DNA of 63,222 nt, filler included, from Chrysochromulina tobinii (taxonomy: Eukaryota), in NCBI GenBank assembly GCA_001275005.1. It is 6 parts of 6 records of this genome, joined end to end, with 100 filler letters (N's around TTAATTAATTAA, not from the genome) between each part and the next. Parts side by side here need not be neighbours in the genome. Positions count along the whole stretch, not along the records: positions 12,726 to 21,792 come from JWZX01000571.1; positions 21,893 to 40,892 come from JWZX01000572.1; 4 more parts are not named here. One strand, 5' to 3'. Position numbers and translations under genes: made by a program. The first letter of the stretch is position 1. Each line of letters starts with the position of its first letter. Shown here piece after piece: positions 20,150 through 32,200 of this stretch. The notes under the pieces are model-generated. The model did not search any database. It was not told where the DNA came from and worked only from the letters and a program-made list of their open reading frames with translations.

Positions 20150-21544
20150 CTACCGCCCCCCGGCCCGGGAGATAATTGAAATTGTAGTATTCTGATTCTG
20201 TGCCGGGACGCGCCAAAGCCCCATCCGCTTCAGGGCCTCGACGCGCCGCTCGCCTTGCAGACCTACGGCGTGAAAGAGGCACAGCCCGTCGGTGCTCGAT
20301 CTCGTCGCACCTCCGGGGAATGCCGTGGCCTGAGCTGGCTCGAACCCGTGGCCAGCCTTGCGAATCTTGGGTGACGTGTCAAGTGCCGCCTCCGGTGGGG
20401 CCCCATGGCCTCGTGCACCAGCTGCATCGTGCAGGTCGCGGGCGCTGGCAATGGCTGGTCCTAGGAGACCGCTCGTGACAGTGATGGCCTTCGTGCCACC
20501 CGCCCAGCGGGAGTAGTTGAGGAAGCGCAGCAGGAGCACACTCTCGAGCGACGAGGCCGTCGGGCGGAGGGCCTCGTCGGCTGCCATGATCCTGTCGTCG
20601 TGGAGCGCGTTCCCGATCAAGGACTGCCAGTCTTCCTGTGCTCTGGATGCACCGAGGTCCTGCTGGAGCTGGTGACCTAGGTGCTGTGCGCGCTGCTGAC
20701 TCATGAAGTGACGCCACGAGCGGGAGCCCCGCGCCCCACGAGCGATGCGCGGGTGGAGGTTGTGATACGGTGCCGGTGAGAGGCTGAGGCTCATCTCAAA
20801 GGGGAAGCGGCGCCACTGCGGGTCGGCCGCCAGGATGACCATCACCATCAGCTCCTGCTCATAGCAATGGTGTCGGTACGGGAATGCGCGTGACGCCCAC
20901 GCTTGTGGACCGGTAGGGGAGCCTCGGATGGCCGTGCCGGAGCTGACGGGACCCTGCAGGGCTGACAACGCCCCGGGGTACCGACGCCCTTGGCGCATCG
21001 AGAGCGCCGCTGACAGGAGCCACGCCGCGCTTGGGCGCACGAGCATGGCGCCTGTATTCAACCCGAGGCCGAGGGTCTTGAACGGCCAGTTCGTGGGGCA
21101 TCCGGGGTGGCCTCCTACTTGCAGCACGATGTCGTCTGGTATGCGAAGCCACTCGTCAAAGCACTCGGCGCGCAAAATGAGGGCGTCGAGATCCAGAAGG
21201 ATGACAGGAGCATGTGTGGAGAGCAGCGTGTCCAGCGCAGCCTTGAGCTTGTACGTAAGCATGGCCTCACGCTCGAGCTCCTTGATCTGATCTGCAGGTA
21301 GCGCCGGCATCAAGGAGACTGGCAACCGGCCGTCGGCGGCGGTGCAGCAGCGCGCTCGCAAGCAGAGGACCTGCTGCGAATGTACCGACGCAACAAATGT
21401 GCGACACGCGGTGAGTACGTTCTCGTCGAGGCAGTGCACCTGAAGCGGGAACGCGACTTGGAGCCTGGCATGATTGATGATGAAGTTGTTCAAAAGGTCT
21501 GTTACCTTGCCTCCAGCGACGGTCACCACCGTGGCGCGGCGCAT
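20150..21544 (-). CDS. Nucleotide-diphospho-sugar transferase (GT-A fold glycosyltransferase, GT77-like); start uncertain
   Basis: YKL..., VILLDLDA (DxD), LNTGAMLVRPS, EQ motif and C-terminal LFHAV. Confidence 0.65.
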   Translation of the reverse strand: MRRATVVTVAGGKVTDLLNNFIINHARLQVAFPLQVHCLDENVLTACRTFVASVHSQQVLCLRARCCTAADGRLPVSLMPALPADQIKELEREAMLTYKLKAALDTLLSTHAPVILLDLDALILRAECFDEWLRIPDDIVLQVGGHPGCPTNWPFKTLGLGLNTGAMLVRPSAAWLLSAALSMRQGRRYPGALSALQGPVSSGTAIRGSPTGPQAWASRAFPYRHHCYEQELMVMVILAADPQWRRFPFEMSLSLSPAPYHNLHPRIARGARGSRSWRHFMSQQRAQHLGHQLQQDLGASRAQEDWQSLIGNALHDDRIMAADEALRPTASSLESVLLLRFLNYSRWAGGTKAITVTSGLLGPAIASARDLHDAAGARGHGAPPEAALDTSPKIRKAGHGFEPAQATAFPGGATRSSTDGLCLFHAVGLQGERRVEALKRMGLWRVPAQNQNTTISIISRAGGR

Positions 21545-22454
21545 CGTAGATCGATTCAAGCCGCGCGCACAAATAAGGCCGCTCTCACGACACGCTCTGT
21601 TGTCTCGCTCTCAGTCCACTCCCGCATCCTGAGCGTGCTGAGAACCTCACGCCTCGCGGCCTGATCACGTGAAGCGAGCCGACGCGGCCAATCGCCGTTT
21701 TCTATCACCTTGTGGACTCGCAAAGCTGGATTTCCCGAGTTCTAGAACCCTCCTTTTTTTCTCTAAGGGGCGGAACGCATTTGAGCGCGTCGNNNNNNNN
21801 NNNNNNNNNNNNNNNNNNNNNNNNNNNNNNNNNNNNTTAATTAATTAANNNNNNNNNNNNNNNNNNNNNNNNNNNNNNNNNNNNNNNNNNNNGGTGGGGG
21901 GAAGGGGGGGCTGGCCGGTGGGACGGCTACGCCTGGGGATGGACGGCGTGAGTCGGTTCCACCCGAGGAGGGGCAAATAATGATCGACCTGCGAGTCTGC
22001 GAAAAGCTGAATACGCAATGCCGGACGAGATCGGGAACGCCGGATGGCATTTCGCTTTTCGTTTTCCGCATTGGTTTTCCGGCGACGAATTTAGTCTTTG
22101 GCATAAGGGCATTGCTCCGCTCGCGCCTCGCGGTTCCGGGATCGTCCGATAAGGGATTACTCAGAGGTAATCAGTGCCAATCAGAGGTCATCAGAGCCAA
22201 CGTCCTTGGAGCGCGCTGGCTTCTATAAATTATAATTTGCATCAAACGGAGAATTTGTGGGCTAAGGTACCCCGGTAACGGAACCCTCTCTCCCGCGCAC
22301 ATGAATCCCTGCGCTAAATAAGTGCATGCCGATGACGAATGCCCAGCGCATGCTTCAGATCACGACATGCCCCCGGCGGACACTGCCAGTGATCACTGCA
22401 CGGGAATTCGCACCAGATGACACGCGGGAACAGCCTCTCCTCTCCACCGCCACC

Positions 22455-23108
22455 CTAGTTGGGGAAGTAGGCGAGGAAGCTCGTGAGATCAACCTCGAGC
22501 TTCCCGAACCACTTGCCCACATTGGCCACCTTTTTAGGGGTGCGCGTCGCAGTCTCGCCCTTCTTGAAGCGTGACGCGTTCTCGAGCTCCGTCAGGTCGT
22601 ACAGGATCGAGCGCGAGATGCGGTCCATGGTGCCCTGCGTTGTGTCGTCGAAGACGGTGCTCGCGACATTGAGATCCTCGCGCAACTTGCCGAAATCGAA
22701 ATCCTTGCGGATCGATGGGATCAGCTGCATGTCAGTGTTCGACTCGAATTGGCCCTTGAGCGAGGCCGCGGCGGTCTTGTAGCCTGCAAGGTTCTTGAGG
22801 CTTTTCTGCACGCCCTCGGTCTTCAGCAGCTCGTCGTCGATGTCAGCGTCCTTGGGCTCCGTTGTCACGATGCCCAGGTTCGTCACGTACCCCGCCGTCA
22901 CGGGCTGGCTGCCCACCCCAACTACCGCTCCAGCAACGCCCGCCAGGACAGCCCGGCGATTGAAGACGGCATCCTTTACTGAGGCATCGCAGCGCGGCGC
23001 CGCAGCAGCGCGCGTGGAGGCAGCAGCGGAGCGGGCGGCCGCCGGCGTGGGCGCGAAGCCGGTCGCCGACGCGAGATAGGCAAGAACGGTCACGGTCCTC
23101 AACGCCAT
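22455..23108 (-). CDS. Plastid thylakoid-lumen-targeted protein of unknown function
   Basis: Signal peptide plus ATG-FAP cleavage motif typical of complex red-lineage plastids, an Ala/Arg/Ser transit peptide, and a twin-arginine NRRAVLAG signal with a hydrophobic stretch. Confidence 0.75.
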   Translation of the reverse strand: MALRTVTVLAYLASATGFAPTPAAARSAAASTRAAAAPRCDASVKDAVFNRRAVLAGVAGAVVGVGSQPVTAGYVTNLGIVTTEPKDADIDDELLKTEGVQKSLKNLAGYKTAAASLKGQFESNTDMQLIPSIRKDFDFGKLREDLNVASTVFDDTTQGTMDRISRSILYDLTELENASRFKKGETATRTPKKVANVGKWFGKLEVDLTSFLAYFPN

Positions 23109-23537
23109 TGAATCGAATCTCCGACTTTCTGGCGATGCGGAGATGCGGTGAGAACTCGGTTACATAATCGCGAAACACGTCCTCACGAAAACTTAATCTG
23201 CGTTTCTTTTCGAAGACAAGTCAAGTCAAGACAAAGCGAGTCAAACCAAAGCAAAGCATATCAAAAAGTAAATGCGAAGTGCCGGAAGTGTTGACGTGTG
23301 AGGCGGTGAGGCCTACTTCACATCCCATTTCGGCCTATGATTGATTTCGGCGATTTCGGCATTTCGCCATGACCCAATGCATGCTGACCCATGTGTAACG
23401 AGCGTAACATACGACTCATGGGTACGACGCAAGACGCATCCCAGACGCATACCAGAACTAACTGCCCTATACATAGGAAGCCCTCCCAACGGCCGCCCAC
23501 CGGTGCGACCCGCCCCGGCATCAGGATCAGGATCAGC

Positions 23538-24365
23538 CTACTCTAGCGCTTCCATCCCCGGCATCAGTCGCGTCGGCGCCACGCACAGCTTGCAGTGGCG
23601 CACGGGAGTTGTAGACGCCGGGAGGTTTGGGTCGGGCCGCCAGCACTCGGAGGGCGAGCAACGGTCGCACACGCATCGGCCGCACTTATGGCAGTTGGGC
23701 TCCTTCGGACGCCAATGGAAGAGATGGAAGAGGTCCTTGCACAGCTCACAATTGGGTGCGTCGCGCTTCAACTTCAATCGCCTTGGGTACTCGAGCGCCG
23801 TCGGCTTTGGCGGCCGGATGGCGGTGTCGAGGTCCTCAGGCAAGACGGTGCTGTCGCCCGCCGTGGCTTCAATCGCTGCAGCGGCCTCCGCCTCTCGATC
23901 GAGGGTGGCTGTGAGGCGGCGGCGGTACAGGTCGGCGGCCGGAGTGAAATAGCGCGTTGTCAGCGGCAGGGCGAGCCACACGCGTCGCGGCACGTGGACC
24001 GTCTCGTCCTCGAGAAATGCACAAAAGGCCGCATTACCACCATGCACCAAGGACTGCTTCTCGCGGCTGGTGAGTGTGTCGAGAGTCATGGAGCGGACAA
24101 ACGAGACGTGTACCCCGAGGCTGCGGTGTACTCCCGCACATTCGAGGCAGAGCGTGATGCCGTAGGTCACAGAAACCCACGGCGATGGGCCGACCTCGGA
24201 GTTGCAATCAAAGCACACGCTCTCAATCAATTGCGGGGGAGCAGCGATCGCAACGGCTCCGTGCTCTGGTGCTGCTTCGTAAGGCTCGGCGGCCGCTTTG
24301 TGCGCTGGGGCTGTCGTCTCTGGTAGACGACGTCGAGGCCTTGGTGGCGGCGCCGGCGCTGCCAT
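23538..24365 (-). CDS. ArfGAP domain plus FYVE-like zinc finger protein
   Basis: CFDC...PWVSVTYGITLCLECAGVHRSLGVHVSFVRS...GGN (ArfGAP); CELC...CHKCGRCVCDRCS...VRHCKLC (FYVE-like). Confidence 0.88.
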   Translation of the reverse strand: MAAPAPPPRPRRRLPETTAPAHKAAAEPYEAAPEHGAVAIAAPPQLIESVCFDCNSEVGPSPWVSVTYGITLCLECAGVHRSLGVHVSFVRSMTLDTLTSREKQSLVHGGNAAFCAFLEDETVHVPRRVWLALPLTTRYFTPAADLYRRRLTATLDREAEAAAAIEATAGDSTVLPEDLDTAIRPPKPTALEYPRRLKLKRDAPNCELCKDLFHLFHWRPKEPNCHKCGRCVCDRCSPSECWRPDPNLPASTTPVRHCKLCVAPTRLMPGMEALE

Positions 24366-24543
24366 GCTTACTTCACTCTTTTCAGCACTTGAAAAGGACC
24401 CAGACTGGCGAGCGAGTGAGTTTCCGTGTTTGGAAAACAAACTTGGCAGGGGCCGTCAGTTAGTCAGTCAGTTTCGTCGCGCGCGCGCCAAACTTGCATG
24501 CGTCAATCAGTCCGATTCACAACCGCGAGCACAGGCCGACTCG

Positions 24544-25916
24544 CTACAAGCGCGACCGCACGCTCTGCGTAGAAACCAGCTGCGCCGTCGCAATCTCGTT
24601 CGGCGGCGGAGGTGAGGCGGACCGATTCACGACTCCGACGCCAATCCTCTCAACCCGCAGCCCTCGGGCAGCCACGTCGGCCGGGAGGTACTTGGCGGCA
24701 TTCTCGTCAAAGATGCGCCACAGCTCGGCCACGAAGCGCTCGAAGACGGCCTCGATCTCCGCCTCCGTCGGGTCCGCGTTGGGTGGACCAACGGCCACCT
24801 CACGCCCGATGACGAGCATGGTGTGCGTAGGCAGTGGTGGCCCGAAGGGGAGGCCCCACTTGCCGGTAAAGAGCGGCAGTCCGACACGCAGCTTGCGCAG
24901 CACCCACAGCTGCAGTGTACGCGCGAACCCGAACATCGTGAAGAGCTGATTCTCTCCGAAGCAGTAGGCGGGAACGAGGCTGCACAGGTGTGAATCGGAT
25001 GCACAGGTGTGAATCGGATGCACAGGTGTGAATCGGATCGCCGGGGCAGCCGGTTGGAAGGAGAAGATGAAGGCGAGCCACGCTCGGCAGAGGCGGGCTC
25101 ATGCAGAATTCGAGGCGGGCACATGCAGAATTACGGCTTTCCAGCAGCCATGGCGCAGCGTATGAATCCGAGTCGCTTCTGCACGAAGACCTGCTCCTGC
25201 GTATGGTCAGTGTGCACCTGCTCGTAGATGCCGCCCGGGCACAGGGCCACCGAGCAGCCCTCGGCAAAGCAGCGGCGCATTGTCGGCTCGCTCGCCTCGC
25301 GCCCACCCAGCAGCAGCAGCAGCTCACGCACGACCGGGACGGAGTACAGCACCGAGGCGCCCGCAAGGCGCAGCCGGAACGTGGATAGCGCCGGGTCGGT
25401 GCGGAAGGCGGGCACGCACAGCGCGAGCATGGAGAGTGGGTAGGCGCCGTGAGGGAAAATTGTGAACAAGGCAGCATCGCTGGTGACCAGACGCTCCGAG
25501 ACCGTCGGGTAGGTGTTCTCCGGCAGGCCGTCGAAGCGCATGCAAGAGCGCACGCCGAAAGCACCCAGAACAACCCGAGCGGTAGCACCGAGCACGCGCG
25601 CGACAGTCGTCGAGCCCCACTGGTGGGCCCTGCTCTTGTCGCGCATGGTGAGCACAAACCATGCCGCATAGAGGACGAGTAATCGGCGGAGCACGTAGCG
25701 GCGTAAGCGGTACTCATCTTGAGGCTCCTCGCGTGCCGCAATGCCTCTGCTAAACTGGCGCAAGAGCAGCGGCATAGATGATGATGGTGATGATGCACGC
25801 GAGTGGGAGCAAACCGGCAACCGCGGATCGGTGGGGGAGAGTATGCGCGCGCGCCGCCGCGTGCTCACTGGAAGACGCGGGTCGGCGGCAAGGCCAAGCT
25901 CTCCTCCATGTTTCAT
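24544..25916 (-). CDS. DGAT2: Diacylglycerol acyltransferase type 2 (DGAT2/MOGAT family); exons 25916 (or 25775)-25135 and 24979-24544
   Basis: FPHG, LCPGGIYE and KRLGFIRCAMAAGKP|LVPAYCFGENQLF after removing GT-AG intron 25134-24980. Confidence 0.88.
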
Positions 25917-26279
25917 CCCTGGACGGAGGTTGCAGGGTGAAGATTCGTCAATACTCGCTCAATTTCGTCCAAGTCGGCGGGTTAGAGGTTGGGGCTTTTC
26001 TTCGAGCTCTACTTTCGCACGGCGAGTAGGCGCGCAGGAATCATCTGATGTAAAAAATTGTACTGCGCTACTGGTAACTATGCTGAATGCTCCGGTGCGT
26101 GCTGCGTCCCTCAAATCAACACAATAAGGCTCATAATCGATAATGCACACATGCCAAGCACTCAAGCAATCCCGCGTAGCTTTATCGCACAGATCGAACT
26201 GCCCATCCATGTCCATGCCTCGAATTCTTGCCAAGCTCAACGTGCTGCAGGCCCACCCCGCAGCGGCCTCAGGGTTCAT

Positions 26280-29200
26280 TTACCTCCTAACGCCTGGCGA
26301 AGGTTTCTTCTTCGCATCGGTCTCTGCCGCCATCTTGGGCTTCTTCCTAAGGGACCTGCGAAGACTCTGATTGAGTTCGCGGTAGTCCAGCTGGCCCGTC
26401 CCGTCGGGATCGAGATCCGAAAAGATCTTCAAGATGTCCGCCTGCGAGCACTTGAAGTTCATCCTTTGCATCGCCATTGCGAACTCCTCGCGGTCGATGA
26501 AGCCGGATTTGTCCTTGTCCCACTCCTGGAATAAGTCGAGGACGCGTCCCTTGGACTCCTTCAGCGCCTCGCGCAGAGCGTATTGGACATACTCGGACAG
26601 GTCCACAGTGCCACTATCATCGAGGTCGAGGCGGTAGAAGAGATCCTTAAGCTCCTTCTCCGTCGGCTCCGGCAGGCCATCCTTGGCGCATCGCTCGATG
26701 CGCATTGAACGGAACTCGTCAAAATCAAGTTCCGTGTTGCCGTCACTGTCCGCTTTCATAAAGTCGTCCACGCGGATCTTCATGTTGCTCTGGAAGTCGC
26801 CCCTGCCCGCGCCCTCAAGGTCCGTCGGATCCACCTCAGGCGTCGCCGCCCGCGTTGCAATGCTACCTAAGGGGCTCGTCTTGGACAGCAGCTTGGCGGC
26901 CGCGCCGGCAGCCTTCAACTTGCCCATGCCCATGCCGTTGCCCTTCGACGGTACCTGTACCTTGGGGGGAGGCTTGGGCCCATCGAGGCTTGGGCCCGAC
27001 GCCGCCCCCGCATTCATAATACTAGCTGCACGGCGCAAGAACTTGTCAAATTCTTGAAACTCGATGTAGCCAGATTTATCCGGATCGAAGTAGTCAAACG
27101 TATTGTCCACTACTTGTGGCGGAAAGTCGGGACCCATGATGGCGAACGCGTCCCGGAAGTCCTTCTTAGAGATTTTACCGTCGTCGTCGCCGCCCATGTC
27201 ACGGAAGAGGTCGAGCACGCGTGTATTGTTTTTCTTGAGGCCCTCGCGCAGCTGGTCAACCACCGATTTGTTCGGGTCGTACATGAGCTGGACTGAACGC
27301 AGGCTCGACTTTTCCCCGGTCACAGGTCCCCTCGAGCTCTCCGGTGACTTCATGCGATAGGATGACGCTTGCGAGGCGGCAGCTTGGGCCTTCGACAACC
27401 TGGACCGCAACGCCTCGAGCTGCGTCTCGAGCTCCGTGCGGATCGCCGCCGCCTCGAGCTCCAGCTGACGCCGCTGGTCCGCCAACAGCTTCGCGAGCCG
27501 CCGCTCCGCCTCGTCGGCTTGCTCCCTCATCTGCTTCTTCATCTGCTCCTCGGCAGCCTTCGCCAATTTCTCAGTTTCGAGAGCCTCATCCGCTCGGACC
27601 TTCATCGTCGCCGACGCGTCCTTTTCGAAAGCGATCTGCCGAAGCGCCTCCTTGAGCTGCCGCAGGTGCTCGAGCGATGCCGCGCGCGCGTCCTCGAGCG
27701 CCTTCTTGAGCTCCTCCTGCTTTTGCACGCTCTCGACCTCAACCTTGTACAGCTTGCCCTCGACCGACTCGCGATTGCGCCTCTCGATCTCGAAGCGCTC
27801 TTTGTGCGTCATCTTGAACTTCATCACGTGGTCCAGCTCCCATTCATGCTTCCAGTCCATAAACGAGTGCACCAGCTTTGGCTTCGACAGCCGGAGCGCA
27901 GCATTTGCCAGCAGCCGCTTCTGCCGCGCCCGCAACAAGTATGCGTCCGCCCAAGCCGTCCAGCCGCGAGCCATGTCCTTCCTGCCTAGGCGTCGGGCGG
28001 CCACTTGGGTAAGGTGCTCGACGCGAGCCTCCTTCTCCGCGACTGCGCGGGCCGCTTGGGCGCGTGCAAGGTCCGATTCGCCTGTCGCCGTGCTCTCGCG
28101 CAACCGAGCCAGCTCGACCCTGAAGTGGGACAGCTCTGCCTCAAGGGCCCGATTGCGGGCAGCCAGCTCGGCAGCCTGCTGCTCGGCCGTGCCCAGGACG
28201 CGCGACGTCTTGTTCAGTGTCGACGTCTTCCAGTCGACGCGCCAGTGCATGTACGCGCTCACCACCTTGGGCTTCGCGAGGCGAACGGCGGCGGCAAGCA
28301 GCAACCGCTGCTGGCGCTTCTTGGTGGACCACATGTCGATCCAAGCGCTCATGCCGCGCGAGAGATCCTTCTGCATGATCCGGCGCGCCGCCATGCGCTG
28401 CAGGTGAGCGATGCGCTTCTCCTTCTCCTCCTCGAGCTGGCGTTTGAGCTCGAGCTCACTCTTAGCGGTGCCGCCATCGAACAAGCTTAGCTTGGCGAGC
28501 AGCTCATCGCGCTCTGCGAGCGCCGTCTTGAGCTTCTTCTCCATGTCAAGCTTCAGCTTCTTTGCCTCCGCCTCCGCCAGCTCCGCCTTCGCCTTGGCGT
28601 GCTTCGCGTGATGCTTATGCGTGTTGTGGGAGAGCTGGACCGCCTCCATCTCCCAGTCCTTACGCCAGTGCGTGTACATGAACACGAGCCGAGGCTTGGT
28701 GAGGCGCGACGCTGCAGCGGCCAAGAGGCGCTTGTTGCGCGCCTCCGCGTAATACTTCTCAGACCACGTCGTCCAGCCACGCGAGATCTCCTTCTTTCCA
28801 AGCCGCTTCACTGCCATCTGCGTAATATGCTCGATGCGCTTCTGCTTCTCGGCAGCTTCCTTCTCTGCCAACTGGCGACGCATCTCGTCTTCCTTGGCAT
28901 TGCCGTTGAGTGCGGCCTCGCGCGCCTTGAGCAGCTCCGCCGCGGTCTTCTCTAACTCCGCCTTGTACTTCTCCGCCTTAGTCTTCTCGGCCTTGTACTT
29001 CTCGACGAGAGTCATCTTAGACTGCGCGAGCATCTCAGCTTCCCAGTCGTGCTTCCACTGCAAGTAGCCCGCAGACAGCTTGGGCTTGGCCAGCCTGGAC
29101 GCGGCCGCACGTAGCAGCCGCTTTCGGCGCAGGTCCTCCAAGTACACCTCTGACCACGTCTGCCAGCCCATCGAGAGCTCCTTCTTGCCCAGGCGGCGCA

Positions 29201-32200
29201 CGGCCATCTGCGTGAGGTGCTCGACTCGCTTTTCCCTCTCCTTGGCTGCTTCTTCCAAGGCGAGCTGACGGTACTCCTCCTCGGCGCCTCCCGCACGGGC
29301 AGCCGCCGCCCTGGCAGCCTCGAGCTCTTGCTTCATCGCCTTCAGCTCAGCATCGACGGCACTGCCTGAGGCCATCTGTGCCACCGCGGCCTTCGCGCTC
29401 GTGCGCTTCTTGGCCTGCTCGACGGCCCAATCTTGCGACCAGTGCCCGTACGATGCAGCAAGCTTGGGCTTCGCCAAGCGGGATGAGGCGGCACGCAATA
29501 GCCGCTCGTTGCGCCTCTTGGACTCCCACATGTCGATCCAAGCGCTCATGCCACGCGAGAGATCCTTCTGCATGATCCGGCGCGCCGCCATGCGCTGCAG
29601 GTGAGCGATGCGCTTCTCCTTCTCCTCCTCGAGCTGGCGAGCCATCTCGAGCTCACGAGCAGCCAGGCCACCATCGAGCTCAGAGAGCCGCGCGATAAGC
29701 TCATCGCGCTCCCGCTGGGCCGTAGCGAGCTTACGATTCATTTCCTCGCGAGCCCTGCGTGCCTCAGCCTCTGCAGCCTCGGCGCGGCTGATCTGAATGG
29801 CCAGTTGTTCACCCTGAGACATGTGCTTGAGTGCAGCCATCTCGGTTTCCCAGTCGCTCTTCCAGAGCGCGTAGCCAGCAGACAGCGCGGGCTTCGTCAG
29901 ACGAGAGCTGGCCGCCTTCAGCAGCCGCTTCTGGCGCTGCGCCTCATAGCACATCTCCGACCAAGCCCCAAAGCCACGTGATATCTCCTTCTTGCCCATC
30001 CGACGGGCGGCCATCTGCGTGAGATGCTCGACGCGCTTCTCCTTCTCCAATGCGGCCTTCTCCTCCATCTGGCGGCGCAGCTCGTCTTCTTTGGCGGTGC
30101 CGTTGAGCGCCGCTTGGCGGGCACGCTCGAACTCAATCCGTAGGCGCGAAAGCTCGGCATTCGCAGCATTGAGCTGCGCCTCCTTTTGATCGAAGCGCTC
30201 TTTGAGAGTCATCTTCTTCTGCATCTTCATCTCGTGCTCCCAGTCGAGCTTCCACTGAGTATAGCCCCCGGATAGCCGGGGCTTCGCAAGCTTTACAGCT
30301 GCGGCGGTGAGCAGCCGCTTGCAACGCGCCCCCTCAAAGTAAGCCTCGGCCCACGACTCCCACGCCATCGCGATACCCTTCTTACCGAGGCGACGAACAG
30401 CCATCTGCGTCAGGTGCTCGACACGCTTCTCACGTTCGTTGATGGCCTGCTCCTCGCGCTGCCGCTGCCGCTCAACCTCGAGGGCATCGCCATTTGCGAC
30501 AGCCTCGCGCAGTTTGGAAAGCTCTGCGCGCACCTTGGACAGCTCCGCCTCGCTTTCCAAGTAGTTTTTGCGCTGCGCCTCAGCTTTGGCAGCTTCCTCG
30601 GCAAGCCGCTCAGCTTGCGTCATGCTCTGGAGACGGCCCATCTCCTCAAACCAGTCCGCGCGCCAGTGTGCGTAGCCCGCAGCGAGCTTGGGCTTCGTCA
30701 GACGAATGCTGGCCGCAAGCAGTAACCTTTTGCGACGCTGCATCTCCATGCACAGATCGGCCCAAGTCTCGAAGCCGCGCGCAATCTCCTTCTTGCCAAA
30801 CCGCCGTGCTGCCATCTGGCTCAGATGCTCCACGCGCTGCTGCTTTGCGGCCTCGGCCTTCTCCTCCATCTGGCGCCGAATCTCGTCCTCCCTAGCGGTG
30901 CCATTGAGCGCGGCATCGCGAGCACGCTTCAACTCAACGCGCGCCTGCGCCAGGTCAGCCTCGGTGTTTGCGAGCTTGGTAGCCATGGAGTCCAGCTGCT
31001 CCTTGTAGGTCATCGTCGCCACTGCCTTTATCTCCGCCTCCCAATCCTGACGCCACTGAGCGTAGCCTGCAGACAGCTTCGGCTTGGCCAGCTTGGCACC
31101 TGCGACGAGCAGGAGGCGCTTGTTCCGCTGCTCCCTTTCGTACTGGTCCACCCACGTCGAGAAGCCCATCGCGATCTCCTTCTTGCCCATGCGGCGTGCC
31201 GCCATCTGGCTGAGATGCTCGACGCGCTTCTCCTTCTCACGCTCAGCCGCCTCCTCGGCCTGGCGACGGCGCTCGTTCTCGAGGGCAGTACCGTTGAGGG
31301 CAGCCTCACGCGCCCTGGCAAGCTCTGCCTCCACCTTGGCCAGCTTTGCATTGACGGCGGCAAGGTTTGACTGCTCGAGATCGAGGCGTTGCTTCAGGGT
31401 CATGGTTGCAGACACCTGCTTCTCGTCCTCCCAGTCATGCTTCCACTGTGTGTAGGCGGAAGACAGATGCGGCTTGGCAAGCTTCGAGCCCGCTGCGGCG
31501 AGCAGCCGCTTCTGGCGCAGCCTCTCGTAGTAAGCCTCGGCCCAGGACTCCCACGCCATCGCGATGCCCTTCTTACCGAGGCGACGAACAGCCATCTGCG
31601 TCAGGTGCTCGACGCGCTTCTCCTTCTCATAAGCCGCCTGCTCCTCGACCTGGCGACGGCGCTCATCCTCAAGTGCCGTGCCGTTAAGAGCCGCCTCCCG
31701 AGCACGAGCCAGTTCCTTGCGCAGCTTGACAAGCTCTTGCTCCTGCTCGGCAATCTTCTTGCGGTTCTCTGCCGCCACCTCGGCCTGGTGCTTCATCATT
31801 TCCTCCTGTGCGTCGAAGGTCTTGGAGACCACCTGATCTTCCCAGTCCTTCTTCCACAGCGAGTAGCTCCCTGAAAGCTTTGGCTTGGCCAGCTTCGAGC
31901 CGGCCGCGGCGAGCAGCCGCTTGCGACGAACCAGCTCGAAGTACATGTCTGCCCACGCCTCGAAGCCACGCGAGATCTCCTTCTTGCCCATGCGGCGAAC
32001 GGCCATCTGGGTCAGATGCTGCACACGCTGCTCCTTCTCCATGGCCTGGCGCTCCTCCATCTGGCGGCGCATCTCATCCTCTTTGGCGGTGCCACTGAGC
32101 GCCGCCTGGCGGGCCTTACCCAGCTCAATGCGCAGCTTGGCGGCTTCAGCCAGGGCATCCTCGAGCTTCTTCTTCTCAGCCTCAAGTTTCTCCTGCATCG

